From NCBI RefSeq assembly GCF_009914755.1, contig NC_060926.1: a DNA stretch of 64,000 nucleotides. One strand, given 5' to 3'. Source of the DNA: the human T2T-CHM13v2.0 reference genome, Homo sapiens. A program made the position numbers and the translations under genes. Numbering within the stretch: the stretch's first letter is position 1; each line of letters opens with the position of its first letter. Below, in pieces: positions 52,983 through 64,000 of this stretch. The notes beneath the pieces are model-generated. The model was not told the DNA's origin and made no database searches. It was given only the letters and a program-made list of their open reading frames with translations.

Positions 52983-54046
52983 AAAGCTTGAAGTTCATAA
53001 TTCCAATTCTCTGAGAAACAAACTCATGAAAATGAATCTCCAGCTCAGGTAATAAAGTTGTTCTTTTTCAAATTTGTTCTGCTCTTTCTTCTCTGGCCAA
53101 TACAATCACAATCCCTAAATTAATCTTTGCAAGATGTACAGAGAAATGACTAGGGCAGGAGTGGCAATTGGGCTATAGGCTGGACCTTATGGGCTCTCTT
53201 CCCCATCCAGCCTTAAGGAAGTATGTACTCCTAATAAGGGAATATGTAAATACTTCTTTTAAAACACAGAAAAGCCACCACATTTAATAATTACTATGTT
53301 GTAGTTTCCAATGAAAGAAACTGGGAATCTAATCTTAACAGCTTTCTCTCTGGGCACTTGGAGGTTATTTGTGACTTCAGTCACTTCGCTCAGTAGGATA
53401 TAATGCTCAGAATGGGTAATTCTGGAATGCTTAGTATTTTTCAACTATGGATTTTGTATTGCTAGAGATAATATAACAGCTCTAGTAGATGTAATCTTGT
53501 CTTTCTGCCCATTTGTTTACAGTGTCAAAATTACCTATTTGCTAAATTTAAAAAATCATTCTTCATGAAATTCTCTTATTGAAAATAAGATGTACTAATA
53601 TGTTCGCAAGTTTAAGTAAAAGACAAACCCCATTATATTTCATTGAGAGAAGGATGAAATGAACGGAAGTAAACAGTGCTTTATTTCCAATCTCGAGAAA
53701 CTAAAGGATACTCCCTGAGAAAAGAAAAACAACCTTTCACACTCAATTCACTTCATTCTCCTCCACTCTCTAAGGCTCTATTGTGGGCTCGCTCTGCTTA
53801 AGTTTTCTCCCTCATCATTTTCTAACATACGATATAGTTTACTTAGTATGTTTATTATCTGTCTCCACTATTATGTAATGCACCAGGGCAGAAGTTTTGC
53901 TTTTTTCATGGCAGCATCTAAAGTACTGACAGTACACAGCAGGTGCTCAATAAATATCTGTTGAATGACTAAAAGTGAATCATTTCTTCAGGAGAGACCT
54001 GCTCATGATATGCCAAATAGGCTGAAGGCTAAAGAATACAGTATAA

Positions 54047-54384
<338 letters not shown>

Positions 54385-54712
54385 TACAAAATATTTTAAT
54401 GTTAGCAATAGCAAGGCTCAGGTGGAGGCAACATCTAAGTTCATTATAAACAATTAGCGATGCATTGAGTTAAACAACAAAGAAAGCCTGAAATTCCACT
54501 AGCAATAATTCCGCATGTGTTACGGAAACACCTAGATGGGGACTGTTGCCGGGTTTGAAGGCTCCTCCGTTTGCTAAAACTTCCAGCACTAGAGAGTTTA
54601 TTAAACTACTCCTCCAAAGCAATGTGCCCTCACTGGCCCCTCCCCTTGAGAATCAACCTCGAGATCTAGCATCTATTTTGCAAACGAAGACAGCAGGAAC
54701 GGGCGGGCTAAC

Positions 54713-54930
54713 CGTCGCAGTCACTGCCTCGGCGCTCCTCCCCCTCCAAGGCCAGCAAGTTGCGGCACTGGGGGAAATGGCCGCGGCGACAACTTCCTCG
54801 AGTTCTCTCGGGTCATCGTGAACTTGGGCACCGAAACAAGGATCCACCCCCTCCCCACCAAAGTGCGGGAGGGAAAAGAAGGCTAGCCAGCGAGAAATTT
54901 TGCCCCACAAATCCGCCAGCAGCAGTGGCG
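54713..54930 (-). other. BOLL: Probable alternative proximal first exon (5'UTR) of BOLL; 5' end approximate
   Basis: Donor ACG|gttagc at 54713/54712, downstream of the GC box and CCAAT; no in-frame ATG, so translation would start at 51519. Confidence 0.65.
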
Positions 54931-55639
54931 GGAAGCCTTAACGGCAGCGACCCCGCCGCTGGCCTCGTGCGCAGCTGGTCCCCACCCTCGCGCGGCGCTC
55001 CCTGATTGGCTGCTGGCGGCGGGACGGGGCGGGGCGGGATGGCACGTTGCCGCTGCGCCTCGGGCCTGTGCGGGCAGTCCTCCTTCACTTCCCCAAGTCC
55101 ACCCTGACTGGCTTGGGTGCACAGCCAGGGCTAGAGTGTCCGGGTCCCGCCTGGGCCACAGGCGGGCCCTGCCAGGTCTCTCAGACCTTCCGGTCCTCGC
55201 TGACCAGTCGGGGAGTGGAGGCGTCGACCGCCCTGGCAACTCCTCGCCTTGGGCGGCTGGGTCGAGTTCGGCCGCAGGGAGCGTCAAAGACGCTGCCTAG
55301 CCCAATTTCGGCGGGAAAGCGGTTTACCTGCTCGGACTTCGCTGGGTGCCTGGCAGCCCGCCGCCTCCCGAAACATCCACGCCTGAGGTCCCCTGGCCCG
55401 TCTACACCCAGTCCAGGCCCCGTGGCGGCGCCTTTCTGACCCCCATGACACAGCCAGACGAGGTCTGCGGGCGGGTGGCTCCTGGCAGCGGTCGATGGGG
55501 CACCTGGCCACGTTTCTTCCCAACCAGATAGCGAGCGTTTGGGGCCTTCACCTCGCCCCTCCAAGCCCTCAGGGACAGGCTCCACGCTGCTCCTTCTCCC
55601 CGCTATCCCGCGCCCTGGGGCCCTGATCGCCGTACTCAC

Positions 55640-55660
55640 CGGCCCGGACTCGGTTTCCAT
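55640..55660 (-). CDS. BOLL: BOLL alternative first coding exon (METESGP)
   Basis: aagATGG Kozak context; CCG|gtgagt consensus donor; phase 0 join gives METESGPQTSNQMQTDS, the longer BOULE N-terminus as I recall it. Confidence 0.92.
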
Positions 55661-56614
55661 CTTCCTCTCTGCTCTTCAGAGACGCGGGGTAGGGAAAAGA
55701 AGCCTAAAGTTTGAAACCACCTTCACGCCAAGGCAGCAGCGCTGCTTGTCCTGCCTGGGACTCTCGCCCCCTGGCGGCGAGGGTGGCTGTGGCAGCTGCA
55801 GGGAAGCAGGCTCGGACCCCGGCCCTGAACCTGCCACCTGGCGGGTGGGGAGAAGCGGACTGCGTCGCCTCGGGTGGCAGGTGGCGGTGCGGGCGGGCGC
55901 TGCAAGCCGGAGAGGGGCGCGGGAGGGCGAGTTTCGGCTGTGGCCCTGGGACTCCGAGCCGGGGCGTCTCAGGGGCAGAGCGCACGGCACAGCGGGGCGG
56001 GCGTGGGGCGTGCGGAGCGAGGGCTCGGTTCTGGGACCCCTCTCGCCTTCTCTCAGACGGCTGGGGAGGAGAGAGCGAGCGGTCAGGCAAAGCTCCATGC
56101 ACGCCTTCCCCTCTCCTCCACTTGAGAAGAGTCGGCCTCTGGGACTGGTGGGTTTCGAGAGGTTGAGGTGACCTTAAGGCTTTACTGAGGTAGAAGAAGC
56201 CGGTTGACGGGCGACTTCCGAAGACTGGTGTAAAGCGAAGAAGGTTCTAGAGTCAAACTCTGACTCTCGGGGCCTGACTCGCAAAACTCGGGGGCTCCCG
56301 AGAAGCCGCGGACGCCGCTCTGCACCTGTTGCCGCCGTCACTCATCCCGCCAGGCGGGCGGGGCCGCGCGGGTGGCTTGGTCAGGACCTGCCATTCAGCC
56401 CAGTCGGGCTCCGGTGCTCGCCCCAGACGGCGCCCCAAGCGGGTCCCGGCCCCGCTGAGCACCTCCAGCAGTGGCACAGCCTCTGGAGGGGTCCGGGACG
56501 AAGCCACCCGCGCGGTAGGGGGCGACTTAGCGGTTTCAGCCTCCAACAGCCTTGGGATCGCCTTTGGAAGAAGATTGCGCTTTTTTTCTTAAATTAATGA
56601 ATTAATTTACTAAT

Positions 56615-56901
56615 TATTTTTATTTTTGAGACGGAGTCTCGCACTGTCGCCCGGGCTGGAGTGCAGTGGCGCGATCTCGGCTCACTGCAACCTCCGCCTT
56701 CCGGATTCAAGCGATTCTCCTTGTCTCAGCCTCCCGAGTAGCTGGGATTACAGGCGCCCGCTACCACGGCTAATTTTTGTATTTTTAGTAGAGACGGGGT
56801 TTCACCATGTTGGCCAGGCTTGAACTTCTGACTTCAAGTGAGCTGCCTGTCTTGGCCGCTCAAATTGTTGGGATTACAGGCTTGAGCCACCGTGCCCGTC
56901 C
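56615..56901 (-). mobile_element. AluS-type element
   Basis: Dimeric Alu in reverse orientation, CpG-rich, at the island edge. Confidence 0.93.
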
Positions 56902-56926
56902 AGTTGACTAATTATTTAGACACGAA

Positions 56927-57068
56927 GGCTCACTCTGTCGCCCAGGCTGGAGTGCAGTGGTGCGATCACGCTCACTGAATTCTCGACCTCCTGGGCTCAA
57001 GCGATCCTCCCACCTCAGCCTTCTGAGTAGCTGGGACCACAGGCAGGCCCACGCCACCATGCCTGGCT
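56927..57068 (-). mobile_element. Alu single-arm fragment (AluJ/FRAM-like)
   Basis: ctcactctgtcgcccaggctggagtgcagtgg...ctgggctcaagcgatcctccc. Confidence 0.85.
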
Positions 57069-58185
57069 GAAAGAAGACTGCTTTGTAAATAATACGTATT
57101 TCTAGTAGGTAGCTAAAATGATTACAACTGGATAAACTTATAGTAATGATTATCATTATTATAGCTGCCATTTATCAAGTACTCACTTTGTTTCAGGCAC
57201 AATGCTTTATGATCAGTATCATTTAATCTTTTCATGCTCACAGCAACCTTTCAGATAGATGCTCCAATTATCGTCATAGTACGTGATGAAGCAGAGATTT
57301 GAAGGATAAGTAATTTGGTCAAGATCTAAAGCTGTAGGAGGTTTAACCCTCGTCTCCCCCCCAACCCACAGTTCTTGATCATAACCATTTTGCCACATAT
57401 TTTTAAAGAATCAGCAGTAACAACTGTTAAAATTTACACCAGTAATAACTATTGTACACACTACTATAAAAGTTTGACTTTGGGTTACTTTGCCTTCAAG
57501 ATATAGAATTAAAAACAGAGTGAATATATTAATTTTTGATTTATTCAAAGATTAGCTCTTCATATTATTTTACCCAAAATAAAATGGGAAACAATTTTTG
57601 TTTATCTTACCCGAAGAATCCCTAAAGTCATTATACATTTCTGCATGCAATTTAAGCTCATTTTACCAGGTTTCAGTCTCTGTGGAAATCGAGAATACAA
57701 ACCTATTTAGATGAAAACTCATATTCTAAAGCATAATAATCTTACTGTTCAATACCAGTAGAACTAATCTTCTTTGGGCATTTTTTTTTCCTAGGACTGT
57801 TGCTGGATTTGGGTAGATGTTACTATCCTCTCTTGCCCAAAACATTTTGACTAAAAACACTTATTTTCAAGAACTACATTCTCTTAAAAAATGTATTCAG
57901 CGCAGTAGGTGTTTAATCTGACAAAAATTTACGTAATTTAGGGAACGCTAACTGTATTTCAAGGCTGGTGTTGGGTACTAGAGGGATATACTTTATTTTC
58001 AGTGTGGCAGTTCTCTGTTCTGCCTCTTACTATTAATTCTTACACCAAAAGGAAAGTTCAGCTTTAAAACTTGGATAAACCACATAAAATTATGCAATGC
58101 ACCCCAATTTAGTAGACACTTAACGGAGTTCCTATTATGTGCAGTACATAATGGAATATAATGTGGGAGATATGAAGATGAAGAA

Positions 58186-58388
58186 CAGGGGTGTCCAATC
58201 TTTTGGCTTCCCTGGGCTACATTGGAAGAATAATTGTCTTGGGCCACACATAAAATACATAAACACTAACGATAGCTTATGAGCTAAAAAAATAAATCAC
58301 AAAATCTCATAATGTTTTAAGAAAGTTTACGAATTTGTGTTGGGCCGCATTCAAATGCGGCCCATGGGCCACCAGTTGGACAAGCTTG
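58186..58388 (+). mobile_element. MER30-like DNA transposon
   Basis: caggggtgtccaatcttttggcttccctggg...gttggacaagcttg termini. Confidence 0.88.
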
Positions 58389-58829
58389 AAGAACAAGGTC
58401 AAACCTCTGTTCTCAAAGCATTTTAAATCTAGAAGGATAGAAAAAACTAATTACTCCAAACAGTATAATATAAATATGCTTATAAGAAAATAAAATACAG
58501 GCATAACAGGCTGAGTGATATATTAACAATGATCAACGGTCTGTGGGAGAACAGAGGATAGCATCATAGAGCACAGTGTCCAGGGCTGGGTAAGGGCATC
58601 GTTAAGGCTGGAATGCTGGTCTGGGCAGAAAAATTGAGGGAAAGATATTGAGCCTGCATCATGTACCTAATGCTGGGCTAGCCACATTCTTTTTAAGTCT
58701 TAGTTCTCTCTTTTTCTTAGTCTCTCTTTTTCTCTCTCTCATTGGAAACCTGAGTCTTAGAGAGGTAAAAGTGACTCTCGTGGTCACATTGCTAGTAAGT
58801 GGTGGATGTCATTTTCAAAACTTTGTTCC

Positions 58830-59326
58830 TTTTTTTAAATTATACCTTAAGTTCTAGGGTACATGTGCACAACGTGCAGGTTTGTTACATAGGTATACAT
58901 GTACCATGTTGGTTTACTGCACCCATTAATTCATCATTTACATTAGGTATTTCTCCTAATGCTATCCCCCCCCTACCAGCCCCCTACCCAACAACAGGCA
59001 CTGGGGTGTGATGTTTCCCACCCTGTGTCCAAGTGTTCTCATTGTTCAGTTCCCACCTATGAGTGAGAACATGTGGTGTTTGGTTTTCTGTCCTTGCGAT
59101 AGCTTGCTCAGAATGATGGTTTCCAGCTGCATCCATGTCCCTGCAAAGGACATGAACTCATCCTTTTTTATGGCTGCATAGTATTATACCATGGTGTATA
59201 TGTGCCACATTTTCTTAATCCAGTCCATCATTGATGGACATTTGGGTTGGTTCCAAGTCTTTGCTATTGTGAATAGTGCTGCAATAAACATACGTGTGCA
59301 TGTGTCTTTACAGTAGCATGATTTAT
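58830..59326 (-). mobile_element. 5'-truncated L1PA 3' end
   Basis: ttttaaattataccttaagttctagggtacatgtgcacaacgtgcagg..., the reverse L1PA 3'UTR. Confidence 0.95.
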
Positions 59327-61304
59327 GTTCGGGCTCAGTGCACTTTGTCATGTTACTTATACTATGGCAATAAAGAGAATTTTATTCTGGAGACCTTTGT
59401 AAATAGGGACCATTGAAGATGATTGAACCAGGAAGTTGTATAATCAGAGCCAAATTTTAGGAAGATATTTTCATATCAAAGAAGAGTTTTTGAGGGGCAC
59501 AGACTGGAAACAGATAGTTGAATTTGGAGGAGAAAACAATTCAAGTGAAAAATAATGGGGACCTGAACAAAGGTGACAGGAGTGAGAATCAAACACTGGG
59601 AAAAGGTTAAAGAGATACCAGTGAGGAATTGAGACTGTTGGGCATGGGTGATGATGGAGAGGGATTGGTGAGGCTCATTCAGAAATCTGGTTTCACATAT
59701 GGGAGATACTGTTTACCAAGATAAACATAAAAGTATAGCACATTACAAATTGCAAACCTAAAAATCCCATTTTCTTAAGTTTTCTGCCAGGTTCCCAATG
59801 TTTCTCATCTTTTTTCTTCGCACAATCTGTTCAGAACATAGTCTTTGTTTCAGGGATTTACCCAACTACCCTTCTTTCTTGCCTTCCCTAGTTGACAGTT
59901 CTTCCCTTCTTGCCTCTTGAGTTTTCTAACTTCAGATTGTAGCTCCTAATATCTACTTCTGGCTCTCATTTTCTTGATAACCCTTTGGATGCATTCTCTA
60001 GTTTATAGATGTGGATAACTATTTTGTTCCTCCTGTGGGCAGGCTTTATGCTATGGCATGGGATACAGCAATGATTAAGGCCTAGTTCTTGCTCTGGTAG
60101 CAAGACCTAGTGGCAGCCTGTGATCTAGTGCAAGAAGCAGCTAAGCAGCCTGTGGTCTAGTGCAAGAAGCAGCTAAGTAAGTAAAAAGTTTATACATTCA
60201 TTGTGCTAAGCATGGCAGTAGAAGAGTTGCCAGGTACAGAGATAGCCCAGACCAGGGAGTGATTTAACTTGGTAGATAAAACAACATGAAAAGACATGTT
60301 TAGAAGATGCCTCTGTTTCCATTTTATTTTTTTTCTTGTTTCCAGATCTATTAACTTATTGTTTCATTTTGGAGGATTTTAGGTGCTTTCTTTTTCTCTG
60401 TAATGGTTGGATGTTTGAAATAGGAGAGGTGAGGGATAGAGTTTAAAAAAATGCCTTAAGAAAGCAAAGAGGACAGCTCAGATCTTCTTTTCTCCTACAG
60501 GGAGCACAACACTTAGACTTGGAGAGGTTGTTACAGAGACGAAGACTAGAACAATATTTGATTTATTGGATTTTTTTTGGTAAAAATTAGTTCATTTATT
60601 TGCTTACGCTGTTTACTGTGAGCACTACTTAGATACAAGAACATACAATATAGAACCTACTGACTAGCATAAAGTATGAACTCAAAAAATATTTGTAGAA
60701 TAAGGGAATAAATGAACAGATAAGCCTCACCCCATACCACACTTTGTCTAAGTCCCCACCATTTGATTCTTACTTTAGACATTTGGACCATTAAGAGGCT
60801 CACCAGCTGGACTGTCCTCTAATCCTTATCGGTAGAATGAGATCAGATACTTACTTTCTTGTCCTTAACTCACAGAAGTGAATTTGGACATGTTTAACTG
60901 TAAAGGAAAGTTTTAGTTGTGATGCTTAGTAAGAGGTGGCTTTTTTTTTCATTAAGATATAAACTAGGAGACTTCTTGGTACTTTAGACAGGCTAGCTCA
61001 TGGCTAGAACACAACTGTCCTTCTAGACCACTATGACATCCTTCTGGATTAAGAGTGAAGAACAATTGATTATTGCCAGATAACCTTTTTCTTTGTTCCT
61101 TTTCCCCCTCAATGGATATGTGGATTCTAAATTTTAATTGATTTCTCCTGATTGATTTTCCCATAACAATTTGTGAGAGTACAGATTCCTTTTCATTGGC
61201 ACACTGTAAGTTCTCACTCTCGGAAGCTTCTGCCAGCCTGGTGGTAGGCAAATCTAAAAAGCTCACTGGTTGGTCCTTTAATAGCTCTGATGTTCTGTAG
61301 TTCT

Positions 61305-62120
61305 TTTTTTTAATTGACAAATAAAAATATTTTATAAGTGCATAGTTGTATATATTTATGTGGTACGATGTGATATTTTGATATATGTATATATTGTGGA
61401 ATAATTAAGTCAAGTGAATTAACATATCCATCATCTCATCTGCTTATCATTTTTCTTGTGGTGAGAACATTTAAAATCTACTCTTTTAGCAATTTTGAAA
61501 TGTATCAGTAAAACTTATTCATTCTATCTAAGTAAAATTTTGTACCCTTTGACCAATGTCCTCCCTTTTTCTGTTTCTATGAGTTTGACTTTTTTAGATT
61601 CTCTATGTAAGTGAGATCATGCAGTATTTGCCTTTCTGTGCCTGGCTTATTTCACTTAACATATTGTCCTCCAGGTTCATCTATATTGTTGCAAATGACA
61701 AGATTTCCTTTTTAAAGGCTGAATAGTATTCCATTGTGTACATATACCACATTTTCTTTACCCATTTATCTGTTGATGGACGCTTAGATTGCTTCTATAT
61801 CTTGGCTTTTGTGGATAATGTTGCAGTGAACATGGGAGTGCAGATATCTCTTTGACGTACTTGTTTCAGTTTCTTTGAATGTATACCCAGAACTGGGATT
61901 GCTGGATCATATGGTAATTCTATTTTTAGTTTTTTTGGAGAACCTCTGTACTGTTTTTCAAAATGACTGTACAAATATACATTTCCACCAACTAGGCTTC
62001 CCTTTTCTCCATATCCTCACCAACACTTATCTTTCACCTTTTTGATGATAGCCATATAACAGATGTGAGGTGATACATCATTGCAGTTTTAATTTGCATT
62101 TATTTGATGATTAGAGATAT
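61305..62120 (-). mobile_element. Old L1MA-type 3' end
   Basis: ttttttaattgacaaataaaa...gtgagatcatgcagtatttg...gggattgctggatcatatggtaattctatttttag. Confidence 0.88.
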
Positions 62121-64000
62121 GTGTCAGGTCTTATTCATTTTTGTACACTGTGAACTTAACTCTGTAATGACACATAACAGACATTCAATATTTTATCTTA
62201 AACTATTGAGGTAGAGCAGTAGTACCCCAGGGATATGGGAATAAAATATTAGAGCTCATATTTTTATTTATCTAAATTGATAAGAAGTAAATCAAGCTTT
62301 GCTAATGTTTGATATGTAGATTCCACTCTTACCCTTACTTGGTCCATATATGGGTAAAAATATTTTGAGGGAAGATTGGGAGTTCTAGAACATGGAGAAG
62401 TTGACAGCTCCAACTCATTGCCTGGTCCATGAGCCCAGCTAAATGAATTTTAAATTATGTTGTGTTAGTTTGAATTAAACTAACTCAAGATGGATGCATG
62501 GCTTAAATATTCCAGAGAACATAAATCAAAGATAATTCTAGTGAACATTTCAAAAATTGCAGAGCGTTCCCTTCTTCTATTCTTACTACAAGCACGTCCT
62601 CAGCCACATCATGAAGTAAAAACAATGACAATATATCTTATAAGAAGTCAGCTCCCCAAAATTGACTTTTTAGTATGTGGATGTACACCCTCTTCCATAA
62701 ACAACAGAAGGCCCTAAATGGATATTGTTTCTTAAGATATTAGCTAATGGTGATATAAAGCCATCACCATTAGCAAAACATTTTAAAGTAATATTTGCTT
62801 CATCTTCTTAAAACTCTTTGGTGTATGTTTTATAATGTGCATAAATACTAACATAGAGACATAGTAAATGATGGGCGTCCTCAAAAACCAACAAGAATTT
62901 GCAAACACAATGTGTGGAAACTCCTACAGAAGAGCATGGTCCTCAAGATCTGCTTTTTTTTTTGTTTTGTTTTGTTCTAGAAGGCAGAGGAAATACACAC
63001 TTAAAAAGGCAGACACACTTAAAAAGATGTAAATATAGTACACTGGGTATAAAAGGTATTAATGGAGAATACATGGTAACTTGAGGGTTTTGGAAACACT
63101 TTCTGGAAAAGACAATGTCTGAAATGAATTTTGAAGGAGTGATGGTTAGCTCAAGGAAGAGAGGTGGGAAAGGGATTTCATATAACTAAGAGGTGAAAGC
63201 ATGAAATGCATTTAGTATTCAGTGGATTTCAAGTAGTCTGATAGTCCTAGAGTGTGAAAGAAGAGAAGTGGTGTAGCCAGAGAGGATTCCAGGGATGTAG
63301 ATAGGAGCCATGGCCATGTGTGCCAAAGAGCCTGGACTCTATTCAGCTGGCACTGGGAAGCCAATGAATCTTAATAGCGGGAAGTCAGATTTGTACTTTA
63401 CAGAAATCCCTCTATCTACAATATAGAGGGAAGATGGATATTAGAACATAACACATGGTCACTGTAATCAACTTAATTGGTATTGGATGGGAATCAGGAC
63501 AATCCAAAAGTAGATTGAAGTACATGTAGAAATGTGATATATGACAAGAAGGATAATTCTATTCAGTGAGGAGACAATAGGATTATTTAATAGCGTTGGC
63601 ACAAATAGACATTCATCTGGAAGAAAATAAAAATAGACCCCCATCTTATTTTAAAAAATTTATTTGACACTTATACACACTCATTAACACTTATATAAAT
63701 ATAAAAACCAAATTTAGAAATAAATTATAAACAGACCAAATACATAGTTTCAAAAAGAAATAAAAATCTTGCAGAAAAAGGTAGGATTTACATGTACAAT
63801 CTAGGGGTGGAAAACTGCATTTTAATCAACAGTGGAGACTCAAAAATTATAATCAAGCTGATAGACATTTTTTGATTCTGTGAAAATTAATATAATGTGC
63901 AGGCAAAAGTTTCCATAAAGTTAATAAAGGATTATTCTAGATAGCTATTAATGTAGATGACATAATAAGGATAATATTTACAATGTGCTGATTGAGTTCT

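Larger units (their letters stand above)
54600..56580. promoter_or_regulatory. BOLL: CpG island / BOLL promoter region
   Basis: Abrupt GC- and CpG-rich block in AT-rich surroundings; GC boxes 55026-55039; CCAAT (minus) 55005-55009; E2F-like sites 54927-54934 and 55306-55318. Confidence 0.92.

Noticed and set aside
54546-56592. Many overlapping ORFs on both strands, including the 210-aa plus-strand ORF
   Set aside because: Typical stop-poor shadows of a CpG island; no recognisable domains, and several start at non-ATG codons.
57780-60520. Plus-strand acceptor-like sites (57794, 60347, 60500) as exons of a divergent lncRNA
   Set aside because: No coherent exon chain or poly(A) site can be supported from sequence alone.

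Overview
Primate (human or close ape) genomic DNA carrying most of the germ-cell RNA-binding gene BOLL (boule, DAZ family) on the minus strand. There is a CpG-island promoter at about 54.6-56.6 kb with up to three alternative first-exon donors. Coding exons 2-10 lie between 51534 and 12733; all have AG/GT boundaries and join in one frame (RRM, one DAZ repeat, Pro/Gln-rich tail). The last exon lies left of the window. The introns are filled with L1s, mostly antisense to BOLL: two twin-primed inverted copies, a full-length L1 nested in another L1, and an old L1M that hosts three Alus, an L1PB fragment and a retrocopied mRNA 3' end. Alus and DNA-transposon fossils are also present. I see no convincing new multi-gene system. 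The best leads are an in-frame 66-nt cassette exon beside an L1 5' end, open in-frame N-terminal extensions plus a uORF, three L1 deletion junctions with inverted templated fillers, and an unidentified retrocopy. Repeat subfamily names come from my memory of consensus sequences and are tentative.
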